From Amoebidium appalachense (Eukaryota; Protista; Ichthyosporea), in the NCBI GenBank assembly GCA_963693365.1, contig CAVNZM010000007.1, forward strand, positions 10,103,962-10,167,961: a DNA stretch of 64,000 bases, in the 5' to 3' direction. Of the stretch, positions 25,795-38,221 are shown piece after piece. The translations under genes and the position numbers were made by a program. Under the pieces are notes generated by a model that was given only the letters and a program-made list of their open reading frames with translations, was not told the origin of the DNA and did no database searches. How positions within the stretch are numbered: position 1 is the first letter of the stretch; each line of letters begins with the position of its first letter.

Positions 25795-27024
25795 AAAAGG
25801 GACACCACCCGGAACTTTGTCGTCAGAACTGCGTCACAGCCGATCTGCTTCGGTTTGATTGGGCTTCACTTATCTTTATCGGATCAATTACAGGAAATGG
25901 ATTTCATTGGGTCAAGGGTCGATTCGGATTTATTGCTCGGCGATCGCTTGACTGATTATGTTTTAAACCGGCAGTAGTTTGTAACAACGTTATAAAAATA
26001 ATACACTGGAAAAGGTCATGCGACTATGTACCTAGTATAAGCATTGATTGGATTATCTTCTCACCATATACGGTGTATGACTGCTTTCACAATGATATCG
26101 AAGAAGAAAAGACCATAGATGCAAATTAAGTAGCCAAGATTGCCTACAATATCAATATTGTAGAAAATACGGCTATTGGAGTAATAAATGTTGGTTTGTA
26201 TATACTTGATAGTTGGTTCAGTCGACTTCCCCATGGTACCACCTGACGCTACGGTAACGTTGATCACCCGGCACTGGCAATTGAGCCACTCCCCCTTGCA
26301 GTGGTCTAATAGAAATGGCTCATAGGGCGAAGTACAAATATTTTCTTAAACTTTTTTGGGCGGCAGACGTATGTTCTGAGTCAAGACTGCTGTTCTGGCT
26401 CATTTGGGACTCACCCTCCGCCGCTATATAATAGACGCACGCTGGTGTCGCTAGGTTTATGATCCCCCTCAGCCTCAGAGTTGTCTCTACCCAAAGGAGA
26501 TAGCTGATTGCTATCAGACCTTTGGGATTCACACTTCAGTTATTTATTGAATTTACATTTGCTTTCACAGGGGTGTGTGGGGTTTAAGGGGATCTGAGCA
26601 CCGGCCCTACATAAATTCTGTTCGCATTTCCAAGGGCGTCAGACACAGCGTTTTCAAATCTTTGACTGCATGAACTTTTTGTGTGAACTTTTTGTGTGTT
26701 CTCTAAACGCAGTTAATTTATCAGTATAGCCCTTCAGCCCAGTCACCAGTGTGTCGAGTGCTCTGTCAACCACCTGCGGGCGATCACATGTAGATTGTTT
26801 GGCTGTTGCGGTTAATGGATTTTACGGTGCAACGAGAAGATGGTGTCTCAGATGTTGAGCACTTGGGTGGCTCCCACTGCCCCCTCCGCTCCCGTTGAAC
26901 CCAGGCCTAGGTCTGTTGACCCGTCCCGTCCCGATCCCTTTTCCGTTAAATCTGTGATCTGTGATCGAACTGAAACAGTGTTTAATATTTGCAGACTACG
27001 CTTGACTCAAGGGCGGTTGAATAG

Positions 27025-27079
<55 letters not shown>

Positions 27080-27529
27080 GGTGTGTGGGTGTGTGTGTGT
27101 TGTGTGCGTGTGTGTGTGAGTGTGTGTGTGTGTGCACGCGCGCGCGTGTGTGTGTCGTGTGTCTTGTGTGGTGGAGAGGGAGGAGGGGGGAGGGGGGGGA
27201 GGGGGCGCCCGGGGGGAGGGGGGGGGGGGGGGGGCTTATTGGTCCAGATATATAATATAGCAAAAGAAGTACACACTTATGCCTCATCACTCAAAGTCAA
27301 ACACACGAACCCTCAAAACCTGCAGACATACCGTGACGCCATTTATGTGCACACGCACACACACACTCATGCGAATGTGCGTTTTGTAGACACGAACTGT
27401 GACACATGAACACGTGCACACGCGCACATACATGCATACAAACTTGCCGGCTCCACACAACAAGTACACACACATGCACCATCTTGTGTTTGCACTTATG
27501 CTAACAATCTTTTTAATTCCCCGCAACAG

Positions 27530-29558
27530 TGCTTTGCAGCCAGACAAACATTGTCTCCCTCCATTGCGACCATTCCAGACGGCAGCTGTAGAGGCGATTT
27601 CGTCTTCACCAGCTAGAGATGTGATGCTCATCGCTCGGACTGGTTCGGGTAAGAGCATGGTATTCATAGAAGCATTAAGGCGCGCAAAGCAGACGGATAA
27701 CTTGGCCTTTGCTGTTATGGTTTGTCCACTGAATTCACTATTGTTGGATCATCAGCTTGCTGTGTCCAAGTATGGCCACACATACAGACTGTTGGCTGGG
27801 GACAACGTAGGTGACACCGAAATCGATGAAGCCAAGAGGGCACTCAAACGTGGAGAAGTCGATTTTATTCTAACAACTCATGAGCGACTCGATAACACGT
27901 CGTACGGAAAGGGTAGCAAGAGTGGCGCCGTCATAAGCATCTTTTCGCAACACGGCAACAAACATTGTGCTCTGGTTGTGTTAGATGAAATACAGCAAGC
28001 AACGGAGTGGAAGGATTTCAGGCCGGCCATCAATTATGTGGCCCAATCCATTGGCATCTGGGCTCCACTTGCACCTATTTTGTTGCTAACAGGCTCTCTT
28101 CCAAAAGGCGATGTATCGCTTTTTGTGAAGGTTTATTTCGGCCGCAGCAAAGACCCGTTGATAATCACCATTTCATTGGATCGACCAAACGTATATTTTG
28201 GCATTCTCGCAACCAATCCAAGTGATCCTGTGGACCCCGTTTCCTATTTCGACATATTGTACCTGCGTATGCGCGGTGTTTTGCGGTCGGGTGGGACGGT
28301 TTTGGTTTATGTGCCAACCAGGGCGGATACTTTGAGGGTACGGCGTAGAGCAGAGCAAGTTCTAACTGAACAGGAAGGATTGCCGCTGGAAACGGTTAAG
28401 GTACAGGTCTTATCTGTGCACAGTATCAACTCACAGAAACACAAGGAAACCATCCTGAGTAAATTCAAGGATGGGTCGGCCCGGGTTGTTGTTGCCACTG
28501 TGTGTTTTGGGCTAGGGGTTGATTACCCTTCGGTTGGGTTTGTTGGCTGCCTTTTTGTTCCGGAAACGGCGAGCCTTCTCCTACAGATGTTCGGTCGGGC
28601 AGGACGAGATCAAGGAGTGGCAGAGGCATGGGTGGTCACTAAAACGAACAGTTTGAGTAAGCGCAGCAAGGTGGAGAAGGAATATCAGGAGATTCTTACG
28701 AAATGTGTGGGAACCCTCGAGCAAGCAGCGAAGGATGCGTCTGTTCTGTTGGGCCCCCAGCAACAACACTTGTGTGTGCGTAAGGACCTTTTTGGCTCGC
28801 TTCTCGCTTCTCCTGAAACCGTTTCTGCCGACACATTCATAAATAAGATAGCTCAGGTAACTGTGGGTGACACTGGTGTGGATCCGGAGCGGCTGCCAAA
28901 CCCGGCCTGTTGCTCCGTGTGCAGTCTATTTGATCTGCCCAGTTTTCGATGTCAGCAGGTTCTAATAAAAAAACCAATCGTCCCATACTCTTGGTTACCT
29001 GAGTCAACAACACTGCCTTCCCCCTTGCGTGTCTATCCTTCACAGGCCGCCACGTCTGACGACATTTTTGCAAGCATACCAATAGTTCCTATTCAGACAG
29101 TGCAGGAACCCACGGCACGTAGATATTTGGAACGGAATGACTTCAAAGACCTTTTGGTGTACATGGAGGATGTATTCGAGAAAGGCTGCCAGGATCTTGC
29201 CCGCAGGCGAAAAGACTACTCACCCGATTTTTTTGTCAAAAAGAGTTCCCATGTACATATGCTTGCACATGCTGATAAATATCTCTCGGGAGACATGATT
29301 CTGGTGTGTGGTGACAAGGAGTTCAAGTGTGTATTAGAAGATGCGTTCAAGAGTCTTGTGTTTCCAGAAATGCTAACGAGCTCTAATCCTATAGCCTGCT
29401 CATGTGCATCAGAGACAAAGTGTCGAACAGCCAGATGTACATGCAAGAAAATTGGGGATAACTGTTCAGAAGTTTGTGATTGCAAAGTGTCAGCGTGCGA
29501 AAATCGTAAACTCACTATAAGAATTCTAGTAGGTTCAATAAATAATGAAACTTTATAA
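27530..29558 (+). CDS. RecQ-family SF2 helicase with RQC Zn motif and C-terminal CXC (tesmin/CRC-like) domain; 5' exon(s) not resolved
   Basis: Motifs: I ARTGSGKS, Ia CPLNSL, II LDEIQ, aromatic loop WKDFRP, III LTGS, LDRPNV, V VATVCFGLGVD, VI QMFGRAGRD; CVR..CCSVC; C-terminal CSCASETKCRTARCTCKKIGDNCSEVCDCKVSACEN. One long uninterrupted frame after a CAG acceptor at ~27529. Confidence 0.92.
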
Positions 29559-29585
29559 TAGGCTAGACTACGTGTAATCTCCACT

Positions 29586-29631
<46 letters not shown>

Positions 29632-29806
29632 ATGCAGTTGCTGCTTTGTATGGATGCATAAAAACGTGCCTTTTGGTTGTCATGTGTGTGTGTGTGTGTG
29701 TGTGTTTTTGCGGTGGGGGCGGGGAAGGGAACTTGTGGGATGAGGTGGGGTGGGGCGGGGAGAGGGGTGGAGGGGGGGGGTGGGGCGCGGCGGGTGGTGG
29801 TGGTTG

Positions 29807-29851
<45 letters not shown>

Positions 29852-30225
29852 GCAGCAGCCAGTGTTTTTCATTTCTTTGTAAAATGCTGTATTTTGGTTT
29901 ACTGTTTGTTAGTACTGTGACCGAGCGTACTCATGTGTATGCTATGAATATGCTATCTGATAATGTTGAAATGTCTTGTCCACTCGTGTGTGGACCACCT
30001 CATAATTCTGTTGCATACTACTCATTACTAGGTTTTAGGTCTCGACATTTTGTACATAGTTGACTAATTGAGTGCACGTGTTGTAAAGTAGAGTTAAGTG
30101 ATTGAAGTATGCTGGCCCTAAGTATATTTTAAATAGTAGATTGAACCCAATCACATGCTAGAGTATGTGCTGCTAGTTACTAGTAAACTAAGTTACACGA
30201 ACAGACAAATGGCCACCGCTTTCAG

Positions 30226-30268
<43 letters not shown>

Positions 30269-30416
30269 ACTCTCCCGGGCAAATAAAGAAAAGGCCTTCA
30301 AAAGGAGAAAGGGAGAAAAAGACACGGCACGCACACAAGCAACCGCACACAAACACACACACGTGCGTGCGCGCGCACACACACACACGGGTCCTTCTCC
30401 GCTCCATCTGCATTTG

Positions 30417-30752
30417 CTATGCCATAGCATTCATCCAGTTGTTCAGCTCTGGGTCCTCCCGCTTATTGATGGTGACAACGCTCTCCTGTAGCCAACTTAG
30501 CCACCCATCCATATCAAGAGGGTGAACCTTGTTTGCACCCTCCAGTGGGCGACCGTCGCAACAAGCGTAGCAGTGGGGTTCATTGGGATTCTTTTTAGAA
30601 TTATCATCGAGCAGGTCGCTTGCTATCCACCGTATCAATTCTGCTCGTTCCCTCCACCGATCCTCCTTGTATTTGTTGCCTTTCGTCCCCTTGGTTTCCA
30701 TCTCTGCGGCACTATCTGTGAGCACATACACTTAACCAAGCAACAGACATGC

Positions 30753-30785
<33 letters not shown>

Positions 30786-31020
30786 TACCACCACACACAC
30801 CCACCCACCCACCCACACGCACCCCAATTATAACAAAAAAAAAAAAATACACTAAACCAAGCAACCGACATGCAACCCCCCACTCACACACAAGCAAAGA
30901 AAAGAAACAAACAAACAAAAAAAAAAAAAAAAAAAAAAAAACTCCCACCCACACTTGCATAGAGACTCGCACACACGCACACTGTGGCGCACACACATCC
31001 ATGGAGATGGGCGACATATG

Positions 31021-31076
<56 letters not shown>

Positions 31077-31372
31077 AATACGTGACAAGAAAAATTTAGC
31101 AAGCAACAGTAAAACACTAACAATACAAAAGTTAAAATTCCTATCTACAAACATTTGGCTGCTGTATTAGTGTCCCAGATAATGTACATACTCTCCGGCA
31201 CACAAGCGCACAAGCACGTCACCAGCGTGCCGCCATCCACTACTCTATTTTGGCACTGATATTTCTTTCCTGTGTCTCATCACACAGGGAAGTAAACGTG
31301 CTCATTGTTTATTACATAGTGTGTGGTGTTTTCGCCTGCTCTCATGCACACACATGCACAGGCACAGGCACA

Positions 31373-31432
<60 letters not shown>

Positions 31433-31754
31433 CACACACACTCTCTCTCTCTATCTCCCTTTGTGTGTGTGTGTGTGTGTGATTTGCGGGGAGGGGGGGG
31501 ATCCAAGGAAACATTACCAAATATGCGAAGCGCCGACTTCAAAAGGGCCTGCACAGCGTACATGAGCCTTATCGTATTTGGGTCTGTGTTGCCATCCATC
31601 TGTCCTTTGGCCCTGCCCATCAGCTCCGTGAAATAGGCATGTGTCAACTCCTTGTGCTCATCCAATGCAACACCCCTGCCTTCTCGGCCTTGTGTGTTGA
31701 CCGTCCTGCTCTTCAGCATGTTCAACACCAGCGGTAGCTCCCATCGTGCCTGAT

Positions 31755-31804
<50 letters not shown>

Positions 31805-32952
31805 CGTGCGCGTGAGTGTGTGTGTGTGTGTGTGTGCGCGCGTGCGTGTGAGTGTGTGCGCGTGCACCAATGTGTGCGCTAGTGTGCGCACCGGCATCTG
31901 AGTGTGTGTGTGCACTCGAAAACGGATGACATGTGCCAGGAGGAGGAGGAGGAGGAGGGGGGGGGGGGGGGGGGGGGGGGTATCGTGAGTATGCAGAACA
32001 CATAAATAGATAAGCATACAGGGAGAGCTGAGGTTGGATGTCAGTTAGATAGATAGGTGCATAGATAGATCGAGGGGAAGAGATTGCAGGGAAGAAAAGG
32101 TAGAAAGGTCACAGATAAACGCATGACCAGGGGTGGGGGGTGGGGGGGACTCAGTAGTGCATATGTACCCAACTTGAAAAGAATTGGAAAGAGCAGAACG
32201 ACTTACCAGGAAGTTTGCCAAGTTCCGGAGACTGTTGCCTGCATATTTTGGCTGGTTTCTCTTCCATTGCAGAGGGATAGAATAGAACAGCAGCCTGGTA
32301 AATCAGAAGGTTAGTTACACTTTGTTTTATACCTGTCATGGAGTATGTATCGGATTCACAACAGATCAGACAAGATTGCGGAGTCAAGCAGCGTGTATAC
32401 AAACAATAATCTACAAAGGGCATTTTTCTCATTACGTACAACAGGAACTACCACACATACACATACAAACACACACACACACGCACACACAACACTCACA
32501 CATGCACACATCATATACACACATACTGATGAATACGAAATGCACCCACCGTGCACAAACAAACAACACCCAACGCAGCACATCATCCCCGCCTGCTCAC
32601 CGACCCACGCGCACCCGCACATGAATGTATGAATAGACTCGCACATATCACCTACCTCCAAAAAGCAAAAGGGTAAGCCCCCCCCCCTCCCCCTCCCTCC
32701 CCCAAAAAAAACAAAAAAACAAAAAACAAATAAGCACGTGCATACAACATGCCTGTATACATGCGCATCCTTCCAGAAACACGTCCACACACACGATTAC
32801 ATATCCACATACATGCTGGTAACAAGCTTGTAATGCCGTGTGTTCACAGAATCAGCAACGCTATATCTAGTAATACATGTAAACAGTTTGCAGGCATATG
32901 CTCTCACATGTACATGAGCGGATGAGCCCAACAAAGCGGGTGTGTGCATGTA

Positions 32953-33001
<49 letters not shown>

Positions 33002-33079
33002 GCGTGTGAACAAGTGTTGGGTGTCTGTGTGAGTGAGTCTGCGAGCTAGCGAGCGATTGAGCGGCGCGCGCGCGCGCCC

Positions 33080-33137
<58 letters not shown>

Positions 33138-33286
33138 TTGAGAGAAGGGGGGGCGCGCGCGCGCGCCCGTGTGTGTGTGTGTGTGTGTGTGTGGTTGAGA
33201 AAAGGGGGGGGGGGGGGGGCGCGCGCGCGCCCCGTGTGTGTGTGTGTGTGTGTGTGTGGTTGAGAGAAGGGGGGGAGGGGGGGAGA

Positions 33287-33328
<42 letters not shown>

Positions 33329-33599
33329 TACCGGGAGCAGTGCAGAGTTTGCGTGACCTGTCAGTCAAAGGAGTTTCCATGAACACCAGGTTGAACTGAG
33401 AGCGATTGGTGACATCACCTGTGCAGCACAAACGAATACATAAGCATTACAGCACAGCACTCAGCGTATGGCGTACCACACGAGCATGAGCAGTGTTGCA
33501 AGCAGGTGTGCAGTATGTTTGTAGGCCAGCACGTGCTGATGTGTTGCGAAATGTGGGACACTTTACATCTACTTAGGCAAGAGAGAGAAGGAGAGAGAA

Positions 33600-33638
<39 letters not shown>

Positions 33639-35072
33639 GAGGAGGGATGAGGGAGGGAGAGGGAGGGAGAGGGAGGGAGAGAGGGAGAGAGAATGAGAGA
33701 GAAGCAAAATGGACACTCCGCCTCATCAGGTGGTAAATCTGTGTGCAAATAGTATGTGTATCTTTAAAATGTGCCGTGATAGATTATTCCTTGTCCGGTT
33801 TATCTTTAATTCTACTTTTTGTCCCGCCCGAGGATACATAGTTCTTCGTGTCTCTAACCAAGTAAAAACAGCAGTATGGAGCATTGTGAATCAGTAATTA
33901 GGAGGAATGTGTTGTATGAGTGTGTGCACGTGCATTTATACATGGTTGGTATGCTTTGGTGTTTCTAGCATGGGCGGGCATATGAATGCATCAGAGCATG
34001 GAAGACAAACTCACCGAGTGGAGCTCGCTGTCCTTGCGGTTTTGCGGAGGAGGGGGTTGGATACGGAATGGTCGTGGGTTGCGTGTTACCAGTTGTCAAG
34101 CCTGTGAGTAAGATGAAACCAAAGATGAGTCGTTGGTAGGGGAATACATGGGACATATATATGCAACTACAACCGTGATGTGTAACCAGGTGGGCATGCT
34201 CAACTTCTTGTGTGTGTGCAACATCCAAGAAGCATAGAAAATGTATGGACGAAAATTCTCTCTGTAGAGAGACTTAAACGGGGAAAGCATCCTCACTCAA
34301 TAGATGTTATTATACATACCTTTTCATAGGAACACCAAGACTCCATAGTGGACCAGGAAAAGCTATGCAAGTGATAATGGGCAGAGGGATGCGAAAGTCC
34401 ATGACAGATGAGCAAGGGAACTCGTGAGCACAGCTGCAGGGGCAGCAACACCACTCACAAGTAAACCATTAAAAAGTTATATGCTTCTATAGACAAACAC
34501 GCTGTTGTTAATTATATCATACAAGCAATCTCACCTTCACGCGAAGAAGCACAGTCATCCAAGTCCATAGGCACTGTTTCGACCGAACGGGGTAAAAGCA
34601 TGGGCTGCGGGTGGCTCTGTGCCTGTAAAACCATTGAAGCAGTGTTCTGTTCCGGCGGGATGCACGGGAAATAGTGGTCGAGAATTATCACGTCTGGACT
34701 GTCACCATCATCACTAGAACGTATGATGTACACCTCCACCGCCTCTATTGCGTCAGGTGATTTCGGCTCGAGTGGAACATAAGAACTGATGCGGCATTGT
34801 GTGCCCCCAGACGCAGTAGTCACCCTCACTTGTCGGCCGTACGCACCGTACTCGAGCGCGTTAAACTGGAAAAGTTTGGCAAGGCAACGAACAAAGGAAC
34901 CAGTGCCACGATTCGGAAAAATGGTATTTACTTCTGACGCAGTGAAAGCGCGTTCAAGCATAAATTTCTTAACATCGGGTATTTTAGTAACCCTCACGTT
35001 GTCTGTAGCCAACCCGAAATTCTCCCTGGCCCAGGTAACGAGCTTTTGATTGCTGCGCAGTTCTTGCGCCAT
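30417..35072 (-). pseudogene. Multi-exon Academ-type (DUF6589-like) transposase, probably inactivated
   Basis: Exon pieces: 35072-~34535; ~34102-34016 LDNW*HATH (DN motif followed by a stop); ~32940-32910 LCWAHPLMY; ~32447-32332 ..DLL*IRYILHD; ~32294-32207 LLFYSIPLQWKRNQPKYAGNSLRNL; ~31750-31520 RTVNTQGREGRGVALDEHKELTH (N-x2-G...D-x3-E motif); ~30714-30417 last exon. Family assignment is from recalled motifs, not a search. Confidence 0.68.
33526..33736 (-). mobile_element. Old, diverged MITE of the Academ family inside a transposase intron
   Basis: CCAGCACGTGCTGATGTGTTGC..ACATCTACTTAGGC at the left and GGACACTCCGCCTCATCAGGTGGTAA at the right mirror the family ends. TSD is degraded. Confidence 0.65.
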
Positions 35073-35832
35073 GTTTAAGTCATATGCTTACATGCACAAA
35101 TACGGGCCATTCGAATCACTTCTTGTGGTTAACACCTGTCACGCCTGCCCAAATGGTCATGCTGAAACTAGCTGCTATGCAATATGAACGAACACGCACA
35201 GCAAAATAGTTACTTTTCTTTTTTAAAGGAAAATCTGCATAAAAAATATTGGCAAGAAAGCGCGGAGAGAGAAAAGAGTAAGCAATAACTCCTTCGCGGT
35301 CCGTACACCAACGAAAATAAAATAAAACACGAACGAAACAAAAGTGGTTTGAATTCGCCCCGCGCGAAAGGAACGGTCACAGCAAGATGGAAAGTAGGCA
35401 TCATGATCATCCGGCACGGCGGGACGTTTACAAATGGTCAGAAGTCACGGCAGCAGAGCACCGCCAAGCCTTGTGTGTGATTGGATCCTTGCCTTTTTAA
35501 AAGTTGCTTCGAGGTAGGGGTACGACCGAACTCTGCACGCGCGCAGCCAAAATCAAATTTGCCACTACCGCGCGATCTGATTGGGCGTAGGTCACGAGGG
35601 GGTGGCAATGACGTAGAAGTTTTGCGTGTTGCCGCCTAAGTAGATGTAAAAAACGTAGCACGTGCGGCAACACGTCAGTACGTGTTAGAACACATACATA
35701 CTTCAAGACTCTTGCTGTCCTACGTAGTGACGTATTCCAACACTTCCCCCCCTGCATCTCTCTCCCGCCCTGAGTCTCTCTCTCTCTCTCTCTCTCAGGC
35801 ACAGATCTCTTCTCCCTCTCTCTCTCTCTCTC

Positions 35833-35918
<86 letters not shown>

Positions 35919-36063
35919 GACTCGGATACTCCCTCCCCCCCCCCCCCCCCCACCACCCACCCACCCACCCACCCATCCCTATTTCTCTCGTCGCTCGAGC
36001 TCTCTGCATGGCACACTCCCTCCCTTTCCCCCCCTTTTCCTCTTTATTCTCTTTCCCTCTTCT

Positions 36064-36101
<38 letters not shown>

Positions 36102-36583
36102 CACCCATCCTATCCCCCTGAGCTCACTCTCTCTCTTGCTCACCCCTTCCCTCTCCGTCCAAACGAGCCCCTCTCTCCCTCCCCCCCCCCCCCCCCCCCC
36201 CCCCCCCACCCACCCACCCACCCACCCAGCACTCCCTCCCTCCCTCTCTCTCTCTTCCCACCCCGCTCTCTTGGCTCGTATGTCAGGCTGACACTGTTCG
36301 CTCACAAGAAGGCTTCCCTCCATGTTCAAAACCCTTCAAACCCTCGGTGGGTATATTATCCATTTTCCCTCCTCCCCTTGGCGTGCGTCTTCTGCGGTCC
36401 TCAGTGCTGTCCCAGAACCAACCTTTCCCCTCCGGAATGAGCTTCCATATGGATAGCTGCCAGCCGGGAAACTTGATGATTCATGATGAATCATTCTGGA
36501 TTCGCGAATATGAGTGGTTTACGGTCTTGACTGACCTTGTGAAACACACCGGCCACGAACTTATAAGACACACATACGCAACA

Positions 36584-36622
<39 letters not shown>

Positions 36623-36753
36623 AACACACGCACACTGGCACACACACACACACACACTACACACACACACACACACTCAGTGCCACACACACACACACAC
36701 ACTCAGTGTCACACACACACACGCGCGCGCGCGCACGCACGCACACAACACTG

Positions 36754-36838
<85 letters not shown>

Positions 36839-37115
36839 GTGTCACAAGTTAATAAAAACACATACATGCCCGAGCAGTGCCACACACACAAAAACGCACA
36901 GTATTACAACACAGACAAAAACACATGCATACATGCGCGCGCACACACCACTGCGGCACACACCTGGTACGCGCGCACTCAGACACGTGGCACCAGCGAA
37001 ACTGTGTCCTAGATCCCTATCGAATACCCTCCCTTGTTGTCTTTCTATTTTGTGGGGGGGGGGAGGGGGGGGGGTATAGGCCGGGGGGGGGGGGGGAGGA
37101 GGGGAAAGGAGGGGG

Positions 37116-37146
<31 letters not shown>

Positions 37147-37630
37147 AGGGGGGAAGGGAGGGACCATGCCAATTCAGGGCATCCTGGTCTAGATCTATAT
37201 ATGGCATATAGCCGAAACTGGAGAAAAACTTGACACCCCCGCCCCCCTGTATGTACACCGAGGGGCCCGTCTTTATCATTGAGAAAGTCCCACATGGGCA
37301 ATGGGGAGCCGACATACAATAGACTGGGCTCTGTACTTCTCTTCGTATGGCATAGCTATGCCCACGGCGCTCCGTCTTTGCCCTGCCGGAAGCTGTGACT
37401 CAACGAGCTTTCGTCATTTGTACCCACTAGCCAAGGCATTCCGCGATATCCCTTGGCCAAGTCACGGAATCGGGATTGCACACTCTGCAGGCTGACTTTG
37501 CAAGCTAGGCTAGTATCCAAGGCTATGTACCCACTGGCTTACCGTAAGTGGCCGGGCACTACTACGCCGCGTGTCGCCTCCGGCAACAAAAAAAAAAAAA
37601 AAAAAAAAAAAAAGCCGCAGGGAAGACAGC

Positions 37631-37746
37631 CTAACACGTACTGACGTGTTGCCGCACGTGCGACGTTTTAACATCTACTCAGGCGGTCTATTTTAAGTAA
37701 AAAAAAAAAAAAAAAAAAAAGGAGACACCGCCTCAGTAGGTGGTAG
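37631..37746 (-). mobile_element. Academ-derived MITE (116 bp)
   Basis: CTAACACGTACTGACG...CCGCCTCAGTAGGTGGTAG; perfect 9-bp TSD GAAGACAGC (37622-37630, 37747-37755). Confidence 0.9.
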
Positions 37747-37868
37747 GAAGACAGCGGCAGAGTGACTAAAGCGAATATTAGCGGCCTAGGCCCACATACG
37801 CCCTGCCGCGCGCAGATTACGTAACCGGAGTCAAGGAACAGGGCATGGGTAAACTTTAAAGTGCCTGC

Positions 37869-38012
37869 TCATTCGCTAAATTGTGATCAGCTTTTTAACT
37901 TTTCTATGTTGATTGGCTAGATCTGCATCATTGATTTTCATTCATTCGCTAAATTGTGATCAGCTTTTTAAATGTTCTATGTTGATTGGCTAGATCTGCA
38001 TCATTGATTTTC
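37869..38012. repeat. ~72-bp direct tandem duplication
   Basis: TCATTCGCTAAATTGTGATCAGCTTTTTAA..TTCTATGTTGATTGGCTAGATCTGCATCATTGATTTTCA occurs twice. Confidence 0.9.
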
Positions 38013-38106
38013 ATCAGGTTCGGCCAAGTTCGGCCCTGTTCGGCCCTCAAAGCCGCGGGGTCGTCCGTGACACGCGGCAAAACTGAGCGAAGATCAGAAA
38101 GAAAGC

Positions 38107-38157
38107 ACTGCCGTGTTGCCGCACGTGCGACGTTATACATCTACTTGAGGCGGCTTT

Positions 38158-38190
<33 letters not shown>

Positions 38191-38221
38191 AAAGGGGAGA
38201 CACCGCCTCAGTAGGTGGTAG
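38107..38221 (-). mobile_element. Academ-derived MITE with one end 9 nt short
   Basis: ACTGCCGTGTTGCCGCACG...CCGCCTCAGTAGGTGGTAG; 9-bp TSD AAAGAAAGC (38098-38106, 38222-38230). Confidence 0.85.

Larger units (their letters stand above)
25732..35688. mobile_element. AcademH-like DNA transposon (9957 bp) encoding a RecQ helicase and an Academ-type transposase
   Basis: Imperfect TIRs CTACCACCTACTGAGGCG vs (reverse complement) CTAACACGTACTGACGTG, plus an extra subterminal CCGCCTAAGTAG at ~35632-35643. 9-bp TSD AATACATAC/AACACATAC (25723-25731, 35689-35697). The same ends occur on four short copies. Convergent helicase and transposase genes. Confidence 0.85.
24838..35742. mobile_element. Solo LTR (~940 bp: 24838-25731 + 35698-35742), split by the Academ element
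   Basis: TGTTG...CAACA ends; 5-bp TSD CTTCC at 24833-24837 and 35743-35747. AT-rich body; its ends loosely resemble the Copia LTR (TGTTGTTTTGTACGGGT vs TGTTATTTTGTGTGGGT; TCTTGCTG near the other end). Confidence 0.8.
13563..35915. repeat. Tandem segmental duplication, ~2.2-kb unit x2 (unit 1: 13563-15409 + 22503-22861; unit 2: 22862-24837 + 35748-~35915), each unit split by an LTR insertion
   Basis: 13565-15400 aligns by eye with 22865-24620, with scattered substitutions and small indels (near-identical ORF translations at 14045 vs 23355 and 14652 vs 24025). The CT-rich tail CTTCCCCCCC..CAGG(T/C)ACAGATCTCTTCTCCC occurs at ~22725-22800 and ~35743-35815. Confidence 0.9.

Noticed and set aside
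27399-29558. Host BLM/WRN ortholog or giant-virus insertion
   Set aside because: It lies inside TSD-flanked transposon ends, has no visible HRDC or exonuclease domain, and there are no viral hallmark genes nearby.
25732-35688. Helitron/Helentron or Zisupton, suggested by the asymmetric sub-TIRs and terminal hairpin
   Set aside because: Consistent 9-bp TSDs, a RecQ (SF2) helicase rather than Rep/Pif1, and Academ-like motifs fit AcademH better.
37750-37810. Faint resemblance to the 5' half of tRNA-iMet
   Set aside because: No cloverleaf and no B box.
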